From: an uncultured Pirellulaceae bacterium
GTDB taxonomy: Bacteria; Planctomycetota; Planctomycetia; Pirellulales; Pirellulaceae
Length of the DNA: 22,307 nt
Reading direction: 5' to 3'
Assembly (NCBI GenBank): GCA_964395615.1
Contig: CAYNDU010000020.1
Coordinates: 1-22,307 of the forward strand
Shown here: piece by piece, positions 1 through 8,404 of the stretch
How positions within the stretch are numbered: the stretch's first letter is position 1
How the letters are laid out: each line of letters starts with the position of its first letter
Notes under the pieces: model-generated
Told to the model about the DNA's origin: nothing
Databases searched by the model: none
Seen by the model: only the letters and a program-made list of their open reading frames with translations
Position numbers and translations under genes: made by a program

Positions 1-135
1 ATCGATGGCACGACTTCTCTCATGTTGGACGACGGTCGGCGATGACTTAGACTGAGAGCCCGCTTAATGCGTTGCGTTTTCACGATAATCGACGACAGAT
101 GGAACCGGTTCACTAGCTGGTGAAAGGTAGGGAAT

Positions 136-885
136 ATGGCGAATCGACTCAGCGACCAAACGGCCGTCGTTACCGGCGGTGGTACTGGAATCGGGTGGGC
201 GATTGCCCAGGCGCTGGCAGGCGAAGGCTGCCGAGTTGTGATTGCCGGTAGGCGCGAAGCGACCTTGCGAGAGGCGATCAAGCAGGTGGAAGGCCCGGCG
301 GATAGGCCATCGATGATCACATGTTACCCGGCTGATGTGGCGAATCGATCAAGCGTGGCGCAACTGTTCCGATTCGCTCACGAGCAGCTTGGCAGCGTTC
401 GGATTCTGGTCAATGCGGCGGGGATCAACATTGCGAACCGGAGCATGCGAGCGATGCGCCCGGAACAATGGGACGAGGTCTTGGCGGTGAATGCGACCGG
501 AGTCTATAACTGTATGCATGCCGTGCTTCCGGCCATGCGGCAGCAAGGCGACGGTTTAATTCTGAACATCTCGTCCATCGCGGGCAGGCGCGCGTCTGAA
601 TTGGGAGGGGTGGCCTACTGTGCTTCCAAATTCGCCGCCACTGCGCTCGGCACGTGCGTCGGAAACGAGGTGGCCGGTGAGGGAATTCGGGTGACGAATA
701 TTCTCCCGGGCGAGGTGAATACGCCACTCATCGACCAGCGTGCTGCACCGGTTTCCGACGATCGCAAGGCGGCCATGGTCCAGCCCGAGGATTTTGCCGA
801 ACTGGTGGTCGCGATCGCCTGCCTTCCTCCCCGCACGCATATTCCCGAAATGGTCATTAAGCCGACCGTGCAAGAATTCGCCTGA
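136..885 (+). CDS. Short-chain dehydrogenase/reductase (SDR) family oxidoreductase, 249 aa
   Basis: The N-terminus carries the TGGGTGIG Rossmann motif (the SDR TGxxxGxG). NAAG and the catalytic S...YxxxK (SSIAG...YCASK) are present. ATG at 136 is preceded by AGGTAGGGAA (RBS-like). The length is typical of classical SDRs. Confidence 0.9.
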   Translation: MANRLSDQTAVVTGGGTGIGWAIAQALAGEGCRVVIAGRREATLREAIKQVEGPADRPSMITCYPADVANRSSVAQLFRFAHEQLGSVRILVNAAGINIANRSMRAMRPEQWDEVLAVNATGVYNCMHAVLPAMRQQGDGLILNISSIAGRRASELGGVAYCASKFAATALGTCVGNEVAGEGIRVTNILPGEVNTPLIDQRAAPVSDDRKAAMVQPEDFAELVVAIACLPPRTHIPEMVIKPTVQEFA

Positions 886-1049
886 CCCACTCGAGGTCGT
901 CCTGTGCGTCGCGTCCCAGGATGAACCGGAGCGCGAAGGGCGATTCCCGCTGAGCAGGGGATCGTTGCGTTGTCGCCGTCGATCGACCATGTGCGGGATC
1001 GTAGCCGAGCGGAGGAAACTGCTCGACGCTTTGAACGCCGGCCGCCTGA

Positions 1050-1577
1050 TCAGGCCGACTGTCCGACCATCTTTCCGGTCAGATACTTCAGGATATCTCG
1101 CACGGAGATGAGTGCGACCGGTTGCTGCTGTTCGTCTACGATTGGGACGTGCCGGTAGCCACCGAGATCCATTCGCTGGACCGCAAACGCAATATTCGCG
1201 TCTTCTTCAAGCACTTGCGGCGCCGTGGTCATGAACTGGGAAACGGGCAGATCGGCAAGTTCGTCCACTTCGGCATTCAGTTTCAGAAGCGCATCACGTT
1301 CACTGAAGATGCCAACCACGCGTTCATTGTCGGTGACCACGACACAGCCGATAGCCTGATCGGCCAGCATTTGCAGTACCTGCCCGACGGCCGTGTCGGG
1401 AGAGACGGTGGTCACCGGTCGCGCATGTGACAGGTGTTGAACCGGTTCCGAAGTCAAGCATCGCTCGACTTCCGAAGCGAAGTCTGGCAGATCCAGATCG
1501 CTCAACGCCTGCCCGCATTGGGCGCACGCGTCGGCTCCTTTGATTACGGATGCATCACAGTAGGGGCATACAATCAT
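1050..1577 (-). CDS. CBS-domain pair protein with N-terminal zinc-ribbon (CPYC...CAQC), 175 aa
   Basis: The N-terminus has CxxC-x13-CxxC (MIVCPYCDASVIKGADACAQCG). It is followed by two CBS-like repeats (VVVTDNERVVGIFSERD and HVPIVDEQQQPVALISVRDIL). Its ATG overlaps the korB stop as ATGA at 1574-1577, which indicates translational coupling. Confidence 0.8.
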   Translation of the reverse strand: MIVCPYCDASVIKGADACAQCGQALSDLDLPDFASEVERCLTSEPVQHLSHARPVTTVSPDTAVGQVLQMLADQAIGCVVVTDNERVVGIFSERDALLKLNAEVDELADLPVSQFMTTAPQVLEEDANIAFAVQRMDLGGYRHVPIVDEQQQPVALISVRDILKYLTGKMVGQSA

Positions 1578-2590
1578 TCGACCGTCCAGGTATCACCGGA
1601 GTGGAAAAGTTTGTGTAAATCGCCACGGCCCTTTTGTTCGCGAGCCACTTCGATCTGTTGATTCATGTCGTGGTCATATCGGGGTCGATCAACGGCACGA
1701 AACACGCCAATGGGCTCGGGAAACTGCGGATGGTGCATACGGCTTAACAAGTAGGCCAGGCTCGGCTCGGCCGAAGCTTCGTCATGAAAAAGGAGATCAT
1801 CCTCGGTGACCCCATTGCCAAGATCAACGACTTCGGGATCCATCCCGTGGAGCCGGATGCCCTTATCGCGATTCTTGCCGAAGATCAACGGTTTACCGTG
1901 TTCGAGTTCGATGAGCGAGTCGGATTTGGACTGCCGGTCGGTTGCATACCCCCAGGCACTGTCGTTGAAAACAACGCAGTTCTGATACACCTCGATGAAG
2001 GACGTCCCCTTATGCTCGGCGGCTCGCATCAAGACCTGTCCAAGGTGTTTGATATGGACATCAATGGATCGAGCCACGAAGGTCGCCTCGCAGCCGATGG
2101 CGATGGACAGGGGATGGAGAGGGTTGTCGATGGCTCCCATCGGTGAACTCTTCGTCACCTGGCCGAGTTGGGAGGTGGGCGAGTATTGTCCTTTGGTCAG
2201 GCCGTAAATGCGGTTGTTGAACAGGATGATGTTCATGTCGATATTGCGGCGGATGCAATGCATCAAGTGGTTCCCGCCAATACTCAGACCATCACCGTCA
2301 CCCGTAATCACCCAGAGTTGCAGGTCCGGTCTGACCGAACGTAATCCGGAGGCAATTGCCGGCGCTCGTCCATGGATACTGTGCATGCCGTACGTATTCA
2401 GATAGTAAGGGAACCGGCTGGAGCAGCCGATGCCGGAAATGAACACGACGTTCTCGTGGGCAATGCCCTGCGACGCCAGCATCTTCTTGGTTTGAGCCAG
2501 GATGGAGTAGTCACCGCAACCGGGGCACCAGCGGACATCCTGGTTGCTTGCATAGTCAGCAGGTTTCAGCACGGGTAATTCGGTTGTCAT
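1574..2590 (-). CDS. korB: 2-oxoglutarate/2-oxoacid:ferredoxin oxidoreductase, beta subunit (TPP-binding), 338 aa
   Basis: It carries the CPGCGDYSIL motif characteristic of OFOR beta subunits. A TPP-binding GDG...N region (ITGDGDGLSIGGNHL) is present. Its length matches KorB. Its ATG overlaps the korA stop as ATGA at 2587-2590. Confidence 0.9.
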   Translation of the reverse strand: MTTELPVLKPADYASNQDVRWCPGCGDYSILAQTKKMLASQGIAHENVVFISGIGCSSRFPYYLNTYGMHSIHGRAPAIASGLRSVRPDLQLWVITGDGDGLSIGGNHLMHCIRRNIDMNIILFNNRIYGLTKGQYSPTSQLGQVTKSSPMGAIDNPLHPLSIAIGCEATFVARSIDVHIKHLGQVLMRAAEHKGTSFIEVYQNCVVFNDSAWGYATDRQSKSDSLIELEHGKPLIFGKNRDKGIRLHGMDPEVVDLGNGVTEDDLLFHDEASAEPSLAYLLSRMHHPQFPEPIGVFRAVDRPRYDHDMNQQIEVAREQKGRGDLHKLFHSGDTWTVE

Positions 2591-4470
2591 TGTTCCTCAC
2601 CGATCGCCTTGATTTCACTCTTTATTTCATTCACCAACTCACCGATTGTGAATGGCTTTCCTTTAATCTTGCTGTATGACGTCGCAGGCAGCAGGTACTC
2701 GGCCGAGATCAACGTCCGCAGTTGGCCGAGGTTCAACTCGGGAATCAGAATCCGTCGGAACCGACGGAGGATATCTCCCAGGTTCTTCGGGAAGGGGTTG
2801 AGATACCGCAAATGCACGTGGGAGACCGACAGGCCCTCGGCCTGGCAATTACTGACGGCCGAGGTGCAGGCGCCGAATGTTCCTCCCCAACTGACGACGA
2901 GCACGTCGCCCGTATCGGGTCCGGCCACTTCCTGGTCGGGAATGTCATCGGCCACGCGACGCACTTTTTCGGCCCGCGTCTTCACCATGAACTCGTGATT
3001 GTCGGGATCATAACTGACGTTGCCCGAGCCATCCTGTTTCTCCAAGCCGCCGATCCGGTGCATCAATCCGGGAGTACCCGGCAGGGCCCAGGGGCGAGCC
3101 AATCGCTCATCGCGGGAATAGGGCAAGAACTCATCGCCGTTATCTCGCGGACCGGGATGTTCGATGTTGATCTTCGGCAACGTATCGATTTCGGGAATTC
3201 GCCAGGGTTCCGATCCGTTGGCGATATAACCGTCGGACATCAACACGACCGGCGTCATGAACCGAGCCGCAATGCGCCAGGATTCGATGGCGACGTCAAA
3301 GCAATCGGCCGGGCTGCAGGCCGCGATCACTGGAATGGGACATTCGCCGTTGCGACCGAAGATAACTTGAAAGAGGTCGGCTTGTTCGGTTTTCGTTGGC
3401 AATCCGGTGCTCGGACCGCCACGCTGCACGTTGACGATGATCATCGGCAACTCGAGCATCACCCCCAGCCCCATGGCTTCACTCTTCAGTGCGATTCCCG
3501 GTCCGCTGGTTGTTGTGACCGACATGGCACCACCGAAGGCGGCCCCGATCACCGAGCACATCGCGGCGATTTCGTCTTCGGCCTGAAACGTCCGAGCGCC
3601 AAATTCCTTGAGCTTGCTCAGTTCGTGTAAGATATCGCTGGCTGGCGTGATCGGATAGGTTCCGAGGAACAACTCCTTGTCGCTCTGTTCGGCAGCCGCG
3701 ATCAGGCCCCACGCCAATGCCTGGTTGCCCATAAGGTTCTTGTAGCTGCCGGCCGGCAGCTTGGCTGGATCTACCTGAAAACTGCTAACGAACTCTTCGC
3801 TTGTCTCACCGTAATTCCAACCGGCCCGCAATGCTCGTTCATTCGCCTGTGCAATATCTGGTTTATTGCCGAATTTCGCGGCAATGAATCGTAAGGTGGC
3901 GCTGAGATCCCTGCCGAACAGCCAGTAGACGAGTCCCATTGCGAAGAAGTTCTTGCACCGATCGGCCAACTTCGAGCTCAATCCCAAATCTTCGACCGAC
4001 GCTCGTGTCATAGACGTCATCGGAACGTGAATGACGCGGTATTCGTCGAGGGACCCGTCCTCGAGCGGATTGCTATCGAGATTCGCCAGACGCAGCTCTT
4101 TGGCAGTAAAGCTGTCAACGTTAACGATCACCGACCCGCCTGGTCGCAGGTCGCTGATATTGGTTATCAGCGCAGCCGGATTCATCGCGACCAGCGCGTC
4201 GAGGGTATCGCCCGGCGTGAAAATGTCGTGGGATGAAAACTTCACCTGAAACCCGCTGACTCCGGCGCGCGTACCACGCGGGGCACGAATTTCGGCCGGA
4301 TAATCGGGGAAGGTGGCCACATCGTTGCCCAACAGGGCAGAGGTGTTGGTCAGCTGTGTCCCGAGCAATTGCATGCCGTCGCCTGAATCGCCTGCCAGCC
4401 GGACAGTGGCCTCTTCAAGTTGGATGCACTTCTTTTGGGACGCCGGGTTGCCTTTTGTCGTAGTTGACAT
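2587..4470 (-). CDS. korA: 2-oxoglutarate/2-oxoacid:ferredoxin oxidoreductase, alpha subunit (fused alpha/gamma type), 627 aa
   Basis: The length and domain order match KorA-type alpha subunits. The N-terminal gamma-like region is followed by a pyruvate-flavodoxin/ferredoxin oxidoreductase-like core (GTYPITPASDILHELS; TTSGPGIALKSEAMG). It lies immediately upstream of, and overlaps, the beta subunit gene. Confidence 0.9.
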   Translation of the reverse strand: MSTTTKGNPASQKKCIQLEEATVRLAGDSGDGMQLLGTQLTNTSALLGNDVATFPDYPAEIRAPRGTRAGVSGFQVKFSSHDIFTPGDTLDALVAMNPAALITNISDLRPGGSVIVNVDSFTAKELRLANLDSNPLEDGSLDEYRVIHVPMTSMTRASVEDLGLSSKLADRCKNFFAMGLVYWLFGRDLSATLRFIAAKFGNKPDIAQANERALRAGWNYGETSEEFVSSFQVDPAKLPAGSYKNLMGNQALAWGLIAAAEQSDKELFLGTYPITPASDILHELSKLKEFGARTFQAEDEIAAMCSVIGAAFGGAMSVTTTSGPGIALKSEAMGLGVMLELPMIIVNVQRGGPSTGLPTKTEQADLFQVIFGRNGECPIPVIAACSPADCFDVAIESWRIAARFMTPVVLMSDGYIANGSEPWRIPEIDTLPKINIEHPGPRDNGDEFLPYSRDERLARPWALPGTPGLMHRIGGLEKQDGSGNVSYDPDNHEFMVKTRAEKVRRVADDIPDQEVAGPDTGDVLVVSWGGTFGACTSAVSNCQAEGLSVSHVHLRYLNPFPKNLGDILRRFRRILIPELNLGQLRTLISAEYLLPATSYSKIKGKPFTIGELVNEIKSEIKAIGEEQ

Positions 4471-4574
4471 GGTCCGCTCGTGATTCTCCCAGGAAATCTC
4501 GAAACTGCGGTGGTGGTAAGATTGCCGTCAGCTCAACGTGCGCCTAGTGCCTGCTGCCGACGGCAGACGAGTGA

Positions 4575-5093
4575 TCACGCGCCTTCTCGCTCTTGCATTG
4601 CTTGTTTGGGTCGAGGCGGAAGCGTGTACACGACCTCCGGAAAATGCTCGACCATGTAATGAAGGACACCGGTCACCCCCAACATACCAATTGGTCGATT
4701 CTCGTCATCGACAATCGGCATGCGTCGGTATCCGCCCTGAGACATCGCGCGAATCGCTGTGGCGACGGTGTCTCGACTCGTCAAGGCGACCGGTCGTTGG
4801 ACCATGATCTCATCAATCGGGCGATCCCAGGGGACTCCAGTCGCCATGAGACGCACCGCGTCTCTCTCGGTGAAGATACCTTGCAGTCGCCCACCGCCGT
4901 CGCAGATCAGGACCGATCCCCGGTTGCGCGACTTAAGCAATTCAAACACGGCCCGAACCAACGTGCCCGGTGCCACGACGAGAGGTTCCGTGGGGTGCGC
5001 ATGGTCGACCGTTTCCGAGTCCAGATTCAATTGAAATTGCACGAGGTGATTCCCAGCAGGAAAATCGGGGCCCAAGATGTCTGTTCCAATCAA
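4575..5093 (-). CDS. CBS-domain pair protein, ~155-172 aa (start uncertain, non-ATG)
   Basis: It has two CBS repeats (SVLICDGGGRLQGIFTERDAV and RMPIVDDENRPIGMLGVTGVLHYM). The track's start at 5093 is TTG with no upstream RBS. There is no in-frame ATG before the first CBS repeat. A GTG at 5042-5040 preceded by GGGAA is an alternative start. The gene lies 105 bp upstream of korA on the same strand. Confidence 0.75.
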   Translation of the reverse strand: MIGTDILGPDFPAGNHLVQFQLNLDSETVDHAHPTEPLVVAPGTLVRAVFELLKSRNRGSVLICDGGGRLQGIFTERDAVRLMATGVPWDRPIDEIMVQRPVALTSRDTVATAIRAMSQGGYRRMPIVDDENRPIGMLGVTGVLHYMVEHFPEVVYTLPPRPKQAMQEREGA

Positions 5094-5255
5094 GTCGCGT
5101 CGCGCCGGTGGGCAGGTGACCAGGCTTCGTCGGTCGACTCACCTCGCTCCGTCATTACCCTTGCACACTCAATGAGGTGCCTGCGATGGCGTACGAGTGA
5201 ATGCCTGGCGAGGTTCAGTGGGCACAATCCTGCATGCGGTGAACAACAAGTTATG

Positions 5256-5295
5256 TTGGGATTGCCGACGGCAGATCCCAATATTCGAGAATATA
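5256..5295. promoter_or_regulatory. Palindrome cluster (candidate operator sites / hairpin) upstream of CBS-korAB operon
   Basis: A 12/13-bp imperfect inverted repeat TTGGGATTGCCG-A-CGGCAGATCCCAA spans 5256-5281. It is immediately followed by the AT-rich palindrome ATATTC-GA-GAATAT at 5282-5295. The inner 13-mer TGCCGACGGCAGA recurs at 4554-4566, between the CBS gene stop and the korA start. Confidence 0.3.
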
Positions 5296-5322
5296 CAACG
5301 CGCGCCGGTTGAGTTAAACCGC

Positions 5323-5348
5323 AAAACCGCCCCAATCGGCGGATTTTG
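5323..5348 (-). terminator. Candidate rho-independent terminator (bidirectional-looking hairpin)
   Basis: The sequence is AAAA-CCGCC-ccaatc-GGCGG-ATTTTG. A 5-bp GC stem is flanked by an A-tract and a T-tract. On the minus strand the hairpin is followed by TTTTGCGGTTT. It lies about 170 bp downstream of the 5518 stop of the minus-strand hypothetical gene. Confidence 0.3.
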
Positions 5349-5517
5349 CCAGATCGAAGATCTGGTTATCCATGAATGATCATTCGACCCCAGGACGCTC
5401 AGCTTGGCGACCAAAGGCCGTGTTGTGCAGGAAATCGCCGGCCGCCGAATCCGCTCGCCGGATGGAGTCCATTCCCCAGATGGCCCCGGGTGCTGCCTGA
5501 CGACCAGTGTCGGGGCG

Positions 5518-6381
5518 TCACTCATCGATCGACGGCGGCTCGACCTGGGGAAAAACACCTTCGGAGCCGTAGAACTTGGTCAAATCGATCCCGCCACGCT
5601 GCTCGTCTTCCAAGAGCTTTACACGAACCTCCAGCCGCTCAACCTGCCGCTTGAGCCTTGGGAGAAGGTGCACGGTCTCGTCGGGCGGTGCAGGACGAGG
5701 GACGCGCGGATACCCCAAATGCCGTTGCAGGGACTCGAACAGATAGAGCGGGTCCTTTCGCCGGTTGGCCAAGGCTATCTTCCCCTCCTTTTCCCCAAAT
5801 AGGATCGGTTGGTCGACCGGCGAGGCTCCGCGCCGCCGGGCTTGTCGAGTGACGTAGTACTGGCTGCGAACGTACATCAGATCCGCGAAATCAACGATGC
5901 CGATCTGGCGGCGTACCGTCTGGATCCAGTCCCGCCACAACTCGTCAAACACCGGGTCCTGAGCGACGGCGTCGAGCCCCTTTTCGTAGCGCAAGCGATT
6001 TCGGCATAACGACTCGAACTGGTACATGAAGAGCCCTTGAGTCGTAGCACCAGCTGCCCGATATTCGGCCTCATACCGAAGGATCTCCAACGCCATGCGT
6101 AAGTCAAATCGGCCCTTTTCGTCCTCCGCCTCGTTGACGACGTAGGTCTGAAAGGGAGTAAAATAATGGGCCAGCTGAGCCATCGCAGAGCCCATGACAC
6201 CCAGGTGCTTCAACTCTCCCAACAGAAAGTCGATGGCCATCGGCAGTTTCGTGGTTGCCAGAATCTCCTCGCGTAATTGGGCAAACAGCTCCTGTAGCGG
6301 CATGTTTTCACGGATCCGCCTTCCCAGAGAGCGAAAAAAATGCGCCTGCTCAATGTATTCCTCATGGTCCAGATTCGGCAT
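5518..6381 (-). CDS. Hypothetical protein, 287 aa (track ORF extends to a TTG at 6429)
   Basis: This is a long ORF with protein-like composition (MPNLDHEEYIEQAHFFRSLGRRIRENMPLQELFAQLREEIL...). The ATG at 6381 is preceded by GGGGGGATCTGGGGAG (Shine-Dalgarno-like). The track's upstream start at 6429 is TTG with no RBS. I recognise no family or motif. Confidence 0.55.
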   Translation of the reverse strand: MPNLDHEEYIEQAHFFRSLGRRIRENMPLQELFAQLREEILATTKLPMAIDFLLGELKHLGVMGSAMAQLAHYFTPFQTYVVNEAEDEKGRFDLRMALEILRYEAEYRAAGATTQGLFMYQFESLCRNRLRYEKGLDAVAQDPVFDELWRDWIQTVRRQIGIVDFADLMYVRSQYYVTRQARRRGASPVDQPILFGEKEGKIALANRRKDPLYLFESLQRHLGYPRVPRPAPPDETVHLLPRLKRQVERLEVRVKLLEDEQRGGIDLTKFYGSEGVFPQVEPPSIDE

Positions 6382-6708
6382 CGATGCACACTCCCCAGAT
6401 CCCCCCTTTCGGTCCACATTCTGCCCCAACCGCTCGGCCCGTATCCTACCAGTAAGTCGCCTCCGAGTGTGCTTCGGAGTGACCGTTTGGCGTCTGAGTC
6501 ACGATATCTCCATCATCTGTCAGGCTCCCGAATGCCACCGGTATAACTCGGCTCACCGGTGCTTTTGGGACCACCTCCCAGGTTGGCCGTCGAACGATCG
6601 GCCCCTACCCAGGCAGGAAATCGCACGAGACCGTCCGTTTTGACCGATTGTATTCGCCGCCGCGCTCGGGTGTTCCGTGCAGAGACCCTGTCGATCCAAT
6701 TGCAGACA

Positions 6709-6736
6709 CCCTGATAATCTCCCCCTGATAATCTCC
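6709..6736. repeat. Perfect 2x 14-bp direct tandem repeat (CCCTGATAATCTCC) in ribBA upstream region
   Basis: Read directly: 6709-6722 and 6723-6736 are identical. Each copy contains TGATAAT, which resembles a -10 box. Confidence 0.9.
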
Positions 6737-7081
6737 GCCGTCGATCGTCGCCAGGCGGTCAAGAATCGGACGACTCAACTGACTAGAACTAACACCCACT
6801 TGGGCGCTATAATGGTCAGTGTTGGTCGTCCGGCCCGGCAGCCGGCGCCTGGCCGCCGATCGAGCTTCCAGGGGCCGGTACATTGAGAGCCCACCCTCCC
6901 CTGGGCGCCCGAGTTCGCAAATCGCTTCGGCACGACGTTCGGTTGTCAAACGTCAGCTGCCCGACGTTTTCAACAGCGGGATGTGGTCGAGGAAGCGGCC
7001 GGGGATCGCCTGGAAGCGAGGGACGCGACGCCGTTCGCAGCCGACTTTCTTGTTCGTTGATTTGACAAAGAGGTATCCACC

Positions 7082-8293
7082 GTGTCGCCTACGTTCTCTA
7101 CCATTTCGGCTGCCGTCGACGCTGTTGCGCGCGGCGAAGTCGTAATTGTCGTCGATGCGGAAGATCGAGAAAATGAAGGCGACTTCATCTGTGCGGCGGA
7201 AAAAGCAACTCCCGAGGTCGTGAATTTTCTGATTTCGGGACGAGGTGAGTTCTGCCTGTCCGTTTTGCCCGACGTCTGCCGCCGGCTCCAGGTGTCACCC
7301 CTGGTCGACGCAAACACTGCTCCGTTGCGGACGGCATTCATGACGCCCCTTGACCACGCCAGCGCCAAGACGGGCATCACGGCCTTCGAGCGATCGATGA
7401 CTGCCCGAGCCATTGTGGATCCGAATTCGACTGCCGAGGATTTCGTGCGACCGGGGCATGTTCACTTGTTGCTGGCCAAGGAAGGGGGAGTCTTGCGTCG
7501 AGCCGGTCATACAGAAGCAGCCGTCGATCTGGCTCGCCTCGCCGGTTTGACGCCCGCAGGAGTTCTTTGCGAAATCCTTAACGACGAAGGCCAGCGAGCG
7601 AGCCGAGAGCAATTACTGAAAATTGCAGAACGGCACAATCTGCAGATGATTTCGATTGACCAGCTGATCGCTCATCGGCGATTGAGTGAGCAATTGGTCA
7701 CTCGTGTCAGTGAAACGACGCTGCCAACGCGGCACGGGAGATTCAACCTGGTCGTATACGATGTGAAATACGAAACAAACGCTCCGATTGCGCTGGTTAT
7801 GGGAGATGTCACGGATCCGAAACGCGTCCCCTTGGTAAGGATGCATTCGAGTTGCTTCACCGGCGATCTGCTGAATTCGTTGCGTTGCGATTGCGGGGAT
7901 CAACTGCAAATGGCCCTCGAGATGATTGGAAATGAGGGGCTGGGAGCGGTCGTCTACCTTCCTCAGGAAGGACGCGGGATTGGGCTCGTCGAGAAGATCA
8001 AGGCCTACGCGTTACAGGACGAAGGGCTGGACACCGTTGAGGCCAACCACGCGCTCGGCTTTCAGGCCGACATGCGAGACTATGGGGTCGGCATCCAGAT
8101 TCTCAAGAACTTGGGACTGTCGCAGATTCGTCTATTGACCAATAACCCGAAGAAGATCGAGGCATTTAATCTGAGAGGTTACGATCTCAATGTCGTCGAT
8201 CAGGTCCCTATTCTTCCACCGGCCAACAAGCACAATGCCCAGTATCTTGCCACCAAGCGGGACAAGATGGGGCATCACCTCCCCCTCGACTAG
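7082..8293 (+). CDS. ribBA: Bifunctional 3,4-dihydroxy-2-butanone-4-phosphate synthase / GTP cyclohydrolase II, 403 aa
   Basis: The N-terminal half has RENEGD, the DHBP-synthase signature. The C-terminal half has the GTP cyclohydrolase II zinc motif (RMHSSCFTGDLLNSLRCDCGDQL), and the ribA-type conserved stretches GRGIGL and NHALGF. GTG start at 7082 is preceded by AAAGAGG with a 7-nt spacer. The 403-aa length is typical of RibBA. Confidence 0.92.
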   Translation: MSPTFSTISAAVDAVARGEVVIVVDAEDRENEGDFICAAEKATPEVVNFLISGRGEFCLSVLPDVCRRLQVSPLVDANTAPLRTAFMTPLDHASAKTGITAFERSMTARAIVDPNSTAEDFVRPGHVHLLLAKEGGVLRRAGHTEAAVDLARLAGLTPAGVLCEILNDEGQRASREQLLKIAERHNLQMISIDQLIAHRRLSEQLVTRVSETTLPTRHGRFNLVVYDVKYETNAPIALVMGDVTDPKRVPLVRMHSSCFTGDLLNSLRCDCGDQLQMALEMIGNEGLGAVVYLPQEGRGIGLVEKIKAYALQDEGLDTVEANHALGFQADMRDYGVGIQILKNLGLSQIRLLTNNPKKIEAFNLRGYDLNVVDQVPILPPANKHNAQYLATKRDKMGHHLPLD

Positions 8294-8299
8294 CGTGTC

Positions 8300-8353
8300 T
8301 GCCCGTTCCCCTGGCCCTGCCCGTTCCCCTGGCCCTGCCCGTTCCCCTGGCCC
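8300..8353. repeat. Perfect 3x 18-bp tandem direct repeat (TGCCCGTTCCCCTGGCCC) immediately 3' of ribBA stop
   Basis: Read directly: three identical units at 8300-8317, 8318-8335 and 8336-8353, starting 7 nt after the ribBA TAG. It is not a hairpin-forming sequence and is not interspersed with spacers. Confidence 0.9.
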
Positions 8354-8404
8354 TGCACATTGCAAAAAGAGAACCGCCGGCCGGTCCGGTCATGCGCCTA
8401 CGAT

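Noticed and set aside
2722-3630. 302-aa plus-strand ORF antisense to korA. Similar long antisense ORFs are at 10015-11751 (578 aa), 11177-11992, 15554-16396 and 4593-5312.
   Set aside because: These are shadow ORFs typical of high-GC DNA. Their products are Arg/Gly/Pro-rich with no motifs. The opposite strand encodes proteins with clear, recognisable domains.
6382-6429. TTG-initiated 16-codon extension of the 5518 gene.
   Set aside because: It starts at TTG with no Shine-Dalgarno site. The downstream ATG has a strong GGGGAG SD.
6600-7000. FMN riboswitch upstream of ribBA.
   Set aside because: Only scattered short matches to RFN conserved blocks were found. The 5' and 3' consensus fragments are about 350 nt apart and the P2-P5 helices cannot be built by eye. 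It is recorded as a finding that needs a cmsearch, not as a feature.
6605-7145. ORFs of 108-147 aa in the ribBA leader, on both strands.
   Set aside because: Their products are Arg-rich and compositionally non-protein-like. They overlap each other and lack start signals.
8300-8353. Possible CRISPR array.
   Set aside because: The repeats are directly abutting with no spacers. The unit is only 18 bp with no dyad symmetry, and there are no cas genes in the window.
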